In this document: one piece after another, positions 18,034 through 26,300 of the stretch
How positions within the stretch are numbered: position 1 is the first letter of the stretch
Layout: every line of letters begins with the position of its first letter
Source: a virus
Lineage: Duplodnaviria > Caudoviricetes
Strand: one strand, 5' to 3'
DNA length: 37,984 bases
Virus record (IMG/VR): IMGVR_UViG_3300031953_000062
Location: 1-37,984 of that record
The notes under the pieces: generated by a model
The model's input: only the letters and a program-made list of their open reading frames with translations
Told to the model about the DNA's origin: nothing
Database searches by the model: none
Position numbers and translations under genes: made by a program

Positions 18034-18239
18034 CAAACCGCCTCCCCGTTGACTTCGTACAAGTCGCCGTCGCCGTCCATGCTGGCTTCGCCCAAGATCG
18101 GGCTGCCATCCGGCCAAGCGCCGAAATTGCTATCAGCGCAATCGAGATTGTCGCGCAAAATGCGGCGCGCGTCGGCCTCGCTATCGGCGGTCACTGTAAG
18201 CGCGACCAGCATTTTCACGTCAAAAGAAAAAGTTTTCAT
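18033..18239 (-). CDS. Acidic hypothetical protein (68 aa)
   Basis: TGATG coupling to the methyltransferase-like gene. Confidence 0.6.
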   Translation of the reverse strand: MKTFSFDVKMLVALTVTADSEADARRILRDNLDCADSNFGAWPDGSPILGEASMDGDGDLYEVNGEAV

Positions 18240-18243
18240 TGGT

Positions 18244-18615
18244 TCAGCCCTCGCCCTTTTCTGCGGTTTCAAGATCCTCGGTAATCCATGCCATCGCGGT
18301 GCAAATGTCGCTCCATTCCTCGTCATGCTCGGGCGTGCCTTCGGGGATGCAATCCTCGCGGTAGCCTGCCAGCGCGCTCCAGATCGTTTCAAGGTGGCTG
18401 GCCCTATCGTCGCGCGTCAGTGTGGTTTCATGCGGCCAGCGCGCCGCGTTGAGCGCGGTCAGCTCCGCGTTCAGGATCACGGCCCTATCTGCGGCGCTGG
18501 CCATGCGGCGCAGCTCGGCGAAAGCCTCTTTGACGCCCTGCGGGGTGCCGTCTGCATAAACGGCCAGCAGGGGCAAAAGGTTGTTGCTCCAAGTCATTGA
18601 GATATTGATTTCCAT
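18244..18615 (-). CDS. Acidic hypothetical protein (123 aa)
   Basis: AAAGGA RBS within the conserved repeat. Confidence 0.7.
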   Translation of the reverse strand: MEINISMTWSNNLLPLLAVYADGTPQGVKEAFAELRRMASAADRAVILNAELTALNAARWPHETTLTRDDRASHLETIWSALAGYREDCIPEGTPEHDEEWSDICTAMAWITEDLETAEKGEG

Positions 18616-18623
18616 GGGTCTAG

Positions 18624-18723
18624 TCCTTTGCGGTTTTCGGCGGGTTCGCATGTCGCCGGGGGTCTGGCCGGGATTGGCGCAGGGTGCAGCGGCCCCGAGC
18701 TGGGGGCCGCTGGCGCTACGTCA
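18624..18723. repeat. ~100-bp structured intergenic repeat, copy 2
   Basis: See copy 1. Begins at the ardC stop and ends at the next RBS. Confidence 0.92.
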
Positions 18724-19602
18724 CTCTGCGGCGATTGCGATATCTGCCATGCTGGCGCATTCCTGCGCGTAGTTGCTGGCTTTCTGGGCTGCGCTGGCGG
18801 CGCGGAAAATAAAGCGTTTGTCGTCCTTCAAGGCTTTTAACCAGCTCGCAACGTAGGCGGCGGAATTGTCAAAGTCTGGTTCTGCGCCGATATGCGCGCA
18901 AAGGAATACTGACCCAATTTCTGCGACCAGCTCTTCGAGCGCGCGCCCGGCGGTCGTGTCATATTTCTTGTCGCGGTCCAGACGCTTGGTTGCGCCGGTC
19001 CAGTGGATCAGCTCATGGGCAAGCGTGCCGTAAAACTCATGGGCGGTTTTGAAATTTTTGACGGGCGGCATGTGGATGCTGTCAGAGGCCGGGCGATAGC
19101 AAGGGTTTGTACCATCGATCTTGATCGCCGCGCCGGTCGCGGCGAAGAACGTCTCTAGATCCTCGATCGGGCGCGCGCCGGTGTCGATATCGTCGGCCCC
19201 GGTCCAGCTCCAATTGTCGGGCAGATCGTCAATTTGCTGGACGTTAAAAACGGTGTATTTTTTTAGGAAAGGGATTTTCTCAACCTTGCCCGCGTCGTTT
19301 TCCTTCTCAAAGGCTGAGGCAAAAACGACCGTTGTACCCTTAGACCCTTTGCGCACCATGCCGCCGAGCTTCTTGGCCTGCTGAAATGTCATGTAGCTGG
19401 GGCAGCTCCAGCCGTTTTCCTCTGCGGCCATCCACAGCAGCAGCACGTTAATGCCCTGATACGCCTCGCCGGTGACGCGCAGCGGCAATGCGCCGCCGGT
19501 GCCGCCGGTCCAATCCTTCGACCATGGGCGCGTACCGCTTTCCAGTGCGTCAATGAATTTATCCGTGATCATCTGGTGAATGTCGATTTTTGGCTGTGCC
19601 AT
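18721..19602 (-). CDS. ardC: ArdC-family antirestriction protein (ssDNA-binding domain plus zincin-like domain, 293 aa)
   Basis: GTRPWSKDW, YQGINVLLL, MTFQQAKKLGGMVRKG, YTVFNVQQ, TLAHELIHWTG, EELVAEIGS, AAYVASWLKAL. Confidence 0.93.
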   Translation of the reverse strand: MAQPKIDIHQMITDKFIDALESGTRPWSKDWTGGTGGALPLRVTGEAYQGINVLLLWMAAEENGWSCPSYMTFQQAKKLGGMVRKGSKGTTVVFASAFEKENDAGKVEKIPFLKKYTVFNVQQIDDLPDNWSWTGADDIDTGARPIEDLETFFAATGAAIKIDGTNPCYRPASDSIHMPPVKNFKTAHEFYGTLAHELIHWTGATKRLDRDKKYDTTAGRALEELVAEIGSVFLCAHIGAEPDFDNSAAYVASWLKALKDDKRFIFRAASAAQKASNYAQECASMADIAIAAE

Positions 19603-19669
19603 GGGTCTATTCCTTTTGCGGGTTGGCCGGGTTCGCAATCCGGCGGGGCCATCCAGCGGCCTTGGATCA

Positions 19670-19698
19670 TAGATAGAAACCAATGGTTGCGCAGTCAA
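19670..19698 (-). promoter_or_regulatory. Sigma70-like promoter of the leftward ardC operon
   Basis: TTGACT-17 nt-TATCTA on the minus strand; the spacer contains the palindrome AACCA-T-TGGTT. Confidence 0.6.
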
Positions 19699-19838
19699 GG
19701 GGGTAAAATGCAGATAATTTGCGCGCGGCGCGTCTCGATATGCCAGAACACAACCCCGCACCCCAGATTTACCCCTTCCCCCGACCCCATCGGGATGATA
19801 GCTAATCGGGGCCATAGCGCGGCGCAGCGCGGGCGATT

Positions 19839-20120
19839 TGTTACAGCGCAAGGCGGGATTGTAACGCCGATGTAACAACGCCAAGCCATTGATCACACGG
19901 CATAAATCCACATTCTGTTACAATGTTACAATGTTACGCGATGCCCTATCGTGATCACATACACGCGCATACATGCGGGCAAAGTAATGTAACAACGTAA
20001 CATTGTAACAGAGATGTATATTTAGATGCAATTTCAACGGTTTAGCTATGTTACATCGCTGTTACATCGCTTCGACCATTGTAACAGCATCGACGTTTAG
20101 GAAGGCTTATCAATGGCTTA
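19839..20120. other. Putative lytic replication origin: 12 TGTTACA/TGTAACA-type iterons in mirror symmetry with IHF-like sites
   Basis: Iterons at 19839, 19860, 19871, 19916, 19924, 19932 and at 19988, 19996, 20004, 20049, 20060, 20080. IHF-like sites at 19882, 20032 and 20108. Confidence 0.7.
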
Positions 20121-20135
20121 GCCTATATTCCGCTT

Positions 20136-20152
20136 TACTACATTTCGGAGTT
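20136..20152. promoter_or_regulatory. 17-bp operator upstream of the terminase operon
   Basis: TACTACA-TTT-CGGAGTT matches the switch operator. Confidence 0.6.
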
Positions 20153-20257
20153 GAATTGTTGTAAACCTCGCGGCTATCTTGCGAGGGCATCGGGGCGCGC
20201 CATCGGCTGCGCCTCGCCCGGCAAGATCGATTTAAATAATAGGCTGATATTCGCGCT

Positions 20258-20857
20258 ATGGCTGATCGCTTCCCTCCTGACCCTTCCGGCCTTGTGACCG
20301 GCGCGGCGCTGGCCATCGATGCCAGCGATTGGGGCGACGATGCCGGGGCCAGCCAGCCGCAAGGATCGCTATTCGGCGCTGATCCGGCGGAGCCAGACGG
20401 GGCAGGCGCGCTGCCAGAGATGGAAGCAGCGCCGCGCGGGCGGGGCCGTCCCGCCGGATCGCGCAACAGGTCGACCGAAGAATGGTCGCGTTTCATCCTG
20501 ACCCGCTACCGCTCGCCGCTCTTAGGGCTGGCTGAGCTGGCGCAGGCAACGCCCAAGGATCTGCAAACGGATCTAGGTGGCGCGCCGGTCAAGGATGCGC
20601 CCGGCGGCTGCACACTGGTGGAGGCGGTGCGCCTGATCATGGCGGCGCAGCAGGCCCTTGCGCCCTACCTGCACCAGAAACAGCCGTTGGCCATCGATGC
20701 GGGCGGGGTCGGCATGATGCAGGTAATCATCCAGACCGGCAACGCATCGGATGCGGGCCAGACCTTCGACATTCAGCCAATCGAAGAAACTGAGGAATTT
20801 CAACAGCTTACAGCCGAGGGCGTTGACCTGTCGGAAAGCGATGGTCGGAACGAATGA
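20258..20857 (+). CDS. Probable terminase small subunit (199 aa)
   Basis: RGRGRPAGSRNRST and ALAPYLHQK motifs; upstream of terL. Confidence 0.7.
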   Translation: MADRFPPDPSGLVTGAALAIDASDWGDDAGASQPQGSLFGADPAEPDGAGALPEMEAAPRGRGRPAGSRNRSTEEWSRFILTRYRSPLLGLAELAQATPKDLQTDLGGAPVKDAPGGCTLVEAVRLIMAAQQALAPYLHQKQPLAIDAGGVGMMQVIIQTGNASDAGQTFDIQPIEETEEFQQLTAEGVDLSESDGRNE

Positions 20858-21166
20858 CACAAGCCATTGAAACAATGCAGAAATTTGGCAACCTGTCGGC
20901 GGGTACAACACCCGCCGACACTGGCGCGCCGGTGGCCAAGCGGTCCAGCCTCGCTGCCCTTCTCGGATGCGCGGCCAGCGCGGCCAGCGCGCGCGCATGG
21001 GTGGGGGGTCGATCCGGCCAGCGACCCCCCCTCCCCCCTTGCCTGAACAGCCTTCCCCCCTCCCTGAGACAAGAATTGGTCGGTGCTAAAGGGTCGATCA
21101 TGGGGTGTGGGGGGCTTGGCCATATCGGGGTGTGGGGAAAGATCACAAAACGCAAAGGACGAAACG

Positions 21167-21514
21167 ATGATGGATTTCAGTTTTCAGGGGAAAAAGAACC
21201 TCTACCTATGCCAGACGTGCGGGCATGGGTTTGTCAGTCAGGATATGGCCGAGGGTACAACGCCCGATATGACGCCCTGCCTCAATCGCAATTGCACGTC
21301 CATGGCGCACAGCATGATGTATGCGGCGCCGCAGGAGATGCTTGCGGATATGGAACCCGCCGTGACGTGGCACCGGCCCATGGTGCGGCAGCTAGAGACG
21401 ATGAAACCGGCCATGGTCGAGTATGTCAGGCAAGGCGGTTTAATCCGCAGCGTCGTGGCTGTCAATTCGGCCTTGGGGCCGCAAAAGAAAAAACGGCCAG
21501 CCTTCCAGGCGTGA
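21167..21514 (+). CDS. Putative zinc-binding protein (115 aa)
   Basis: AAAGGA RBS; CQTC...CLNRNC. Confidence 0.65.
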   Translation: MMDFSFQGKKNLYLCQTCGHGFVSQDMAEGTTPDMTPCLNRNCTSMAHSMMYAAPQEMLADMEPAVTWHRPMVRQLETMKPAMVEYVRQGGLIRSVVAVNSALGPQKKKRPAFQA

Positions 21515-21532
21515 TCAGCGGGGGAACCTGCA

Positions 21533-23110
21533 ATGCTTGATCGCCTGCGCGATGAAACAATAACGCGCCGGTTCACCAAGCCGGGGCCGGTCGGCGCGGC
21601 GTTTATGAATGCGTCGGGCCGGATCGTCGGCATTATGGGGCCGCAGGGCGGTGGTAAAACCACAATCATCGTCAACCGGATCTTGACCAAGGCGGCGCAG
21701 CAGCCGCCGTCGCCGATCGATGGCATCGCGCGCTATCGCTGCGTGGTCTGGATGCGGACCTATCGCGAGCTTTGGGCCAAGGTTATTCCCGATTGGCTGG
21801 AATGGGTGCCTCAGAAGAACAAGGCGTTTGGCATCACTTGGACGGGCGGCGTCGATAACCCCGCTGAACATAAGTTCAAGTTCGTTGCGATCCAAGACGG
21901 CAAAAAGAAGATCGTTCACGCCGAGGTCTGGTTTCGAGCAATCGGCGAGCAAACCCCGACCGAGGCGGCAAAGGGTCTGCACGCGACCGATGGATGGTTG
22001 CCAGAAAGCACGTCTGCCAGCGTGGAAATGCGCAAGGCGCTTTATGGCCGTCTGGGCCGCTACCCGTCGCGCGAGCATGGTGGCGCGCCCTTCCGGCAGC
22101 TCTTTTGCGATTGGAACGCGGGTGATCCATACAACTGGACAACGGAGTATTTCATAACCGAGCGCCCGCTTGGCATCGATGATGCCGGGCGCCCGATTGT
22201 CGAGTTTTTCCGCCAGCCCGGCGGGCGCGAAGCCGCAGCCGAAAACATGCACAACCTGCCCGAAGGCTACTACCGCGACCAGATCGCGGCGAACGCGGAT
22301 GATCCTGATTGGATCAGGCGGATGGTCGACAATGAAATTGGCTTTATGCGCGACGGTAAGCCCGTCTATGAGAATTTCAGCGATCATTTGCACGTCTCGG
22401 ATATCGAGCTGGTGCCATGGCGCGGCGTCAAGTTGATCCTAGCGGCGGATGCGGGCCTGACCCCGGCGCTGGTGATCATGCAGCGCAACCAGTTCGGCGA
22501 AGTGCAGATCTTGGAAGAGGTCACATCGCGGCGCGCGGATGCGGAAACCTTTGCGGATGCAGTGTTGCTGCGAATTGATAGCCCGCGCTATGCCGGGTGC
22601 CAGACGCCTACGGAAATGTTTGTTGATCCGACCGCCTTAAATGCCGGTGAGGCCAGCGCCAAGGGTGAGGCGGCGGAGCTGTCGAGCTGGGCCAAGATCG
22701 TGGCCAAGACTACGGGCCTCGCCGTGCGCCCGTCGCGCTGCAAAAACGATATCGTGACGCGCGTTGGATCGGTCCAGCAAATGTTTAAGCGCCGGATCGG
22801 CAACCGCGCCGCCTGCAAGATCGACCGCAAGCATTGCCCCGAGCTGATCAAGGGCTGCGCGCGCGATTACAAATATGAAAAAACCGCCGTTATGACTTCG
22901 GGCGGCATCGATTATCGCGACAAGCCAACCAAGAATTTTGCAAGCCACGTCTGCAACGCGCTGGAATATGGCGCGGCGAACGCGGGCGAACAAGACATGC
23001 TGACCGGCAAGGCCGACCGCAAAGCGGCAGCGCAGCAGGCAGCGGCGGCGCGCGCCAAGCAAGCCACCGGGCGGGCCAGCGATCCCCTTTCATCTTATGG
23101 AGGACGATGA
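21533..23110 (+). CDS. terL: Terminase large subunit (525 aa)
   Basis: GPQGGGKTT Walker A, WLPE, DWNA coupling motif, AADAGLTPA and FVDP nuclease motifs. Confidence 0.9.
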   Translation: MLDRLRDETITRRFTKPGPVGAAFMNASGRIVGIMGPQGGGKTTIIVNRILTKAAQQPPSPIDGIARYRCVVWMRTYRELWAKVIPDWLEWVPQKNKAFGITWTGGVDNPAEHKFKFVAIQDGKKKIVHAEVWFRAIGEQTPTEAAKGLHATDGWLPESTSASVEMRKALYGRLGRYPSREHGGAPFRQLFCDWNAGDPYNWTTEYFITERPLGIDDAGRPIVEFFRQPGGREAAAENMHNLPEGYYRDQIAANADDPDWIRRMVDNEIGFMRDGKPVYENFSDHLHVSDIELVPWRGVKLILAADAGLTPALVIMQRNQFGEVQILEEVTSRRADAETFADAVLLRIDSPRYAGCQTPTEMFVDPTALNAGEASAKGEAAELSSWAKIVAKTTGLAVRPSRCKNDIVTRVGSVQQMFKRRIGNRAACKIDRKHCPELIKGCARDYKYEKTAVMTSGGIDYRDKPTKNFASHVCNALEYGAANAGEQDMLTGKADRKAAAQQAAAARAKQATGRASDPLSSYGGR

Positions 23111-23442
23111 TGAACACCGCAGAACCGGCAGATCTATACACGGCATCGATGATGGACGCGGACGTCGCCAAAAAGCGCGAGCTGGCCCGCGAGGCGCGGA
23201 TGGAGCGCAACCGCGCGGCGACCCTCTTCTTGAGGCGCCGTTTGAAGGCGGGCGATAGAATACGCGCCACGCGCGGCCAGTGCTGCGCCGGGCCGGAAAC
23301 CTACACATTCCTGAAATGGGACGGGGGCTGGATCGTGTCGGCCAGCCTTATCGATGATATCATTCCGGCATCCGTCACCAAGATCAACCGCGTGCCGGTA
23401 GATCCATGCGCCGCTGCGCCCGATGCCGGGGCGCGCGCCTGA
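23107..23442 (+). CDS. Hypothetical protein (111 aa)
   Basis: GGAGG RBS; overlaps both neighbours. Confidence 0.65.
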   Translation: MMNTAEPADLYTASMMDADVAKKRELAREARMERNRAATLFLRRRLKAGDRIRATRGQCCAGPETYTFLKWDGGWIVSASLIDDIIPASVTKINRVPVDPCAAAPDAGARA

Positions 23443-23954
23443 TGGTTTCCTTTCATCCCCTCACGCCCTGGACGCTCGATGTGCGCTATCAGATCGAGCA
23501 GATCGCGGCAGGCATGGCCGATATGGACGCGCTGGAAATCTTCGGCCTGCGCCCGCTCGACCATGACGGGGAAAACGTGGTCAGCGATATCGCGCAGATC
23601 ATCAGAAACGGCGCGCTAATCGATGGCTTTGTGGCAACCCGCGATGTGGACGGCGCGGCGGTGCCGTTTGCGGTGGCGCTCGCCTTCAGGGGAACCATGC
23701 CAAACGTCGCAGATCTGGCGATGTTCGGGCGCAAGGGCCATGCCCGCGCGATGCCGGCCGTTTATCGCGAGCTGTTTTCACGCTCGATCACGTTTGGCCC
23801 GCGTCACGATATCAAAATGGCGCAAGTGCCGGTGCTGGCAAAGCATCGCGCGGCGCGCCGGATGCTGCGCAGTGTCGGGGGCCGCGAGGTCTTTGATTAC
23901 GGCCCGATTGGCCCTTACCGGCTGTCCTACATTCACACCATTTGGAGTTTTTAA
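23442..23954 (+). CDS. Possible GNAT-fold virion-associated protein (T7 gp13-like, 170 aa)
   Basis: TGATG coupling; HRAARRMLRSVGG resembles the GNAT C-terminal motif. Confidence 0.5.
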   Translation: MVSFHPLTPWTLDVRYQIEQIAAGMADMDALEIFGLRPLDHDGENVVSDIAQIIRNGALIDGFVATRDVDGAAVPFAVALAFRGTMPNVADLAMFGRKGHARAMPAVYRELFSRSITFGPRHDIKMAQVPVLAKHRAARRMLRSVGGREVFDYGPIGPYRLSYIHTIWSF

Positions 23955-23955
23955 T

Positions 23956-24180
23956 ATGGGTTTTCTAAAGCCAAAAATCCCGGCGCCGGTAGTGGTGGAT
24001 CAAAAGCCCGCGCCGACAATGGATGATGATGCAGTGCGCCGCGCGGGTGATGAAGCCGCGCAGCGGGCAGCGGCGCGGCGCGATAGCACAGATACAATCC
24101 TGACGGGCACGGTAAAGCGCCGCGCGGGCGGTCTGGCGCAGGCCAGCCGCACCACAACCGGGGGGAACCCAAATGCTTGA
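23956..24180 (+). CDS. Small pre-portal virion protein (74 aa)
   Basis: MGFLKPKIPAP...DTILTG pattern; position immediately before the portal gene. Confidence 0.65.
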   Translation: MGFLKPKIPAPVVVDQKPAPTMDDDAVRRAGDEAAQRAAARRDSTDTILTGTVKRRAGGLAQASRTTTGGNPNA

Positions 24181-25786
24181 TAATGGCGATGATGTAAAGC
24201 GCGCGGTCAGCCGCGCCGAATACCGCAAAACATTGCGCGAGCCGATAGTGGCGCGCCGTCTTGAAGTCTCTGAATTGATGCGCCCGCTGCGCGAGGATTG
24301 GGAACATGAAAGCGAGGGCCGGGCGCGCGGCGTGCGGCGCTATGACGGCACGGCGGTCTTGGCCCTCGATCAAGCGGGCGCCTCGATCTACTCGATGCTG
24401 ACCGCGACGGATAACATTTGGGCGCCGCTCGATTTTGAAGAGGAATGGCGCAAAGAGGATGCCGACGCGCGGGCATGGATCAATGAGGTCAGCCGCATCG
24501 TGTTCCGCTCGCTCGATCCGGCGCGCGACAACTTCTATAACGATGCGCCCGAGGTCATTCTGGACAGTATCGGGCTTGGCGACGGGGTGTTTTATTCCGC
24601 CCGCCCGCCCGGCGCTGATTTTTTCCACTCCAAGGCAATCCCATGGCGCGAGTGCGTTTTTGATATCGGCAATTTCGGCGAGGTTACGCATTTTGATCGC
24701 TGGTATTCCGAACCGATTTGGAACGTCGCGGATCTGTTTGGCAAAGATAAGCTGTCGGAGCGGATGCAAAAGAAGCTAGCCGATACGCCGAATGAAAAGG
24801 TGCGCTTGCTGCATACCTGCTACCCAAACGATGGCTCGAACCGGATCAGCTCGGTGCATCGCTACGTCTCGCTCTATGTTTTGCTGGAAGATAAAAACAG
24901 CGCCGTGAGCTGGGGCGGCTATCGCGATATGCCCTATTATGTCAGCCGGTGGGGCGTGGGATCTGGCCAGACTTATGGCATGGGGCGCGGCCTCTTCGCT
25001 CTGCCCGATGCGCAGGTTCTCAATGAAATGTCGCGCACCTCGATCTTGGCCGCGCAGCGGATCGCTGAGCCACCACTGGCCGCGCATGACGAGCTGGTAG
25101 GCTTGGTCAGTATGGACCCGAACGCGCTGAATTACGGCGCGGTCGATGATGCGGGCAATCAACTGGTGCGCCCGATCACGACCGGCGCAAATGTCGGCAT
25201 CACTCTGGAAATGCAGGATCAGCGCCGCCAGCAGATCAAGGATATCTTCTATCATGCGATGCTGTCGCTGGTTGGTTCACCGACGCCTTCGGTTGTCGAG
25301 ATCCTCAAGAATGACGAGCGCCGCGATCAGTCGATGGGGCCGAACCTTGCGCGCATTATTTCCGAGTTTCTGGCGCCCTTTATCGAAGGCCGCTACCGCG
25401 AGCTGAAACGGGCGGGCCAGATCCCGCCCGCGCCGCCGGTCGCACAATCGGCAAAGCTCAAAGTGCGGTTTGTCTCGCCGCTGGCAAAGGCCCACAAAGC
25501 CCAAGCGGCGCAGGCCACCATGCAGGCGGTGCGCGGCGTGACAGAGATTGCGCAGCTCGATCCGCGCGCGGCCATGATGATCAACGGGATGCGCGCCGCC
25601 AAGCGCGTGATCGATGGTCTGGCCGCGCCCGACGATATCATGGCGACGAAAGAAGAAATTGACGCCTTGATGCAAGCCCAACAGCAAAAACAGGAAAATG
25701 CGCAAGGTCTGGAAGTGGCCGAGCGCGGCAGCCGTGCTGTTGAAAGTCTGGCCCGCGCCGAACAGGCAACGGCAGAACCACAATAA
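24173..25786 (+). CDS. Portal / head-to-tail connector (537 aa)
   Basis: YDGTAVLA, PYYVSRW...YGMGRG, VRFVSPLAKA motifs of podophage connectors. Confidence 0.9.
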   Translation: MLDNGDDVKRAVSRAEYRKTLREPIVARRLEVSELMRPLREDWEHESEGRARGVRRYDGTAVLALDQAGASIYSMLTATDNIWAPLDFEEEWRKEDADARAWINEVSRIVFRSLDPARDNFYNDAPEVILDSIGLGDGVFYSARPPGADFFHSKAIPWRECVFDIGNFGEVTHFDRWYSEPIWNVADLFGKDKLSERMQKKLADTPNEKVRLLHTCYPNDGSNRISSVHRYVSLYVLLEDKNSAVSWGGYRDMPYYVSRWGVGSGQTYGMGRGLFALPDAQVLNEMSRTSILAAQRIAEPPLAAHDELVGLVSMDPNALNYGAVDDAGNQLVRPITTGANVGITLEMQDQRRQQIKDIFYHAMLSLVGSPTPSVVEILKNDERRDQSMGPNLARIISEFLAPFIEGRYRELKRAGQIPPAPPVAQSAKLKVRFVSPLAKAHKAQAAQATMQAVRGVTEIAQLDPRAAMMINGMRAAKRVIDGLAAPDDIMATKEEIDALMQAQQQKQENAQGLEVAERGSRAVESLARAEQATAEPQ

Positions 25787-25806
25787 CCGCAAGGGAATAT
25801 AACAAA

Positions 25807-26118
25807 ATGTCTAGCACTTTTACACGCGCCACGGTCGGCTTTCTGGCTCTGGTATCCGCCGTCAGCGGCATCGCAATGGTCGCGCTCTGGTCTATTGAAC
25901 GCTACACCAACGGCGTCTGGTGGGCCTCGCTTCTGGTTGTGATCATCGCCCTTGTGGCGGTGATGATGATTTACGCCTCAACGCTGCATGATCCGATCTA
26001 TCGCTGGATCAAGGAACCCGCCGAAAAGGCCAAGGCCGACGAAGCACACCGGCGCGCATTGGAGCGGGACGCCTCAGTTGCCAAGCGCGATGCGGCCAGG
26101 AAAGGAGGTGGCGCATGA
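25807..26118 (+). CDS. Two-TM membrane protein (103 aa)
   Basis: Two hydrophobic segments and a charged tail; AAGGGA RBS. Confidence 0.65.
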   Translation: MSSTFTRATVGFLALVSAVSGIAMVALWSIERYTNGVWWASLLVVIIALVAVMMIYASTLHDPIYRWIKEPAEKAKADEAHRRALERDASVAKRDAARKGGGA

Positions 26119-26300
26119 ATTACGAGATCCTAAAATATTTCGCCTATGAGCATCTGCCGCCGCATCTGCAAAAAATCAGCAAGCCATTTCACGATATGGC
26201 CTATGAGGTCTTTGGCGCGTTGCCGCCTTGCGCTGAAACATCGGCGGGCTTGCGCAAGCTGCTAGAGGCCAAGGATTGCGCCGTGCGGGCAGCGGTATGA
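26115..26300 (+). CDS. Conserved small phage helical-hairpin protein (61 aa)
   Basis: AGGAGG RBS; FAYEHLPPHLQ...LRKLLEAKDCAVRA is a recurrent phage family pattern. Confidence 0.8.
   Translation: MNYEILKYFAYEHLPPHLQKISKPFHDMAYEVFGALPPCAETSAGLRKLLEAKDCAVRAAV

Noticed and set aside
19603-19911. N-terminal extension of ArdC
   Set aside because: It overlaps the promoter and origin repeats; RBS and family start fit 19602.
20854-21540. 228-aa ORF between terS and terL
   Set aside because: It crosses G/C homopolymer runs and overlaps a better-supported ORF at 21167-21514.
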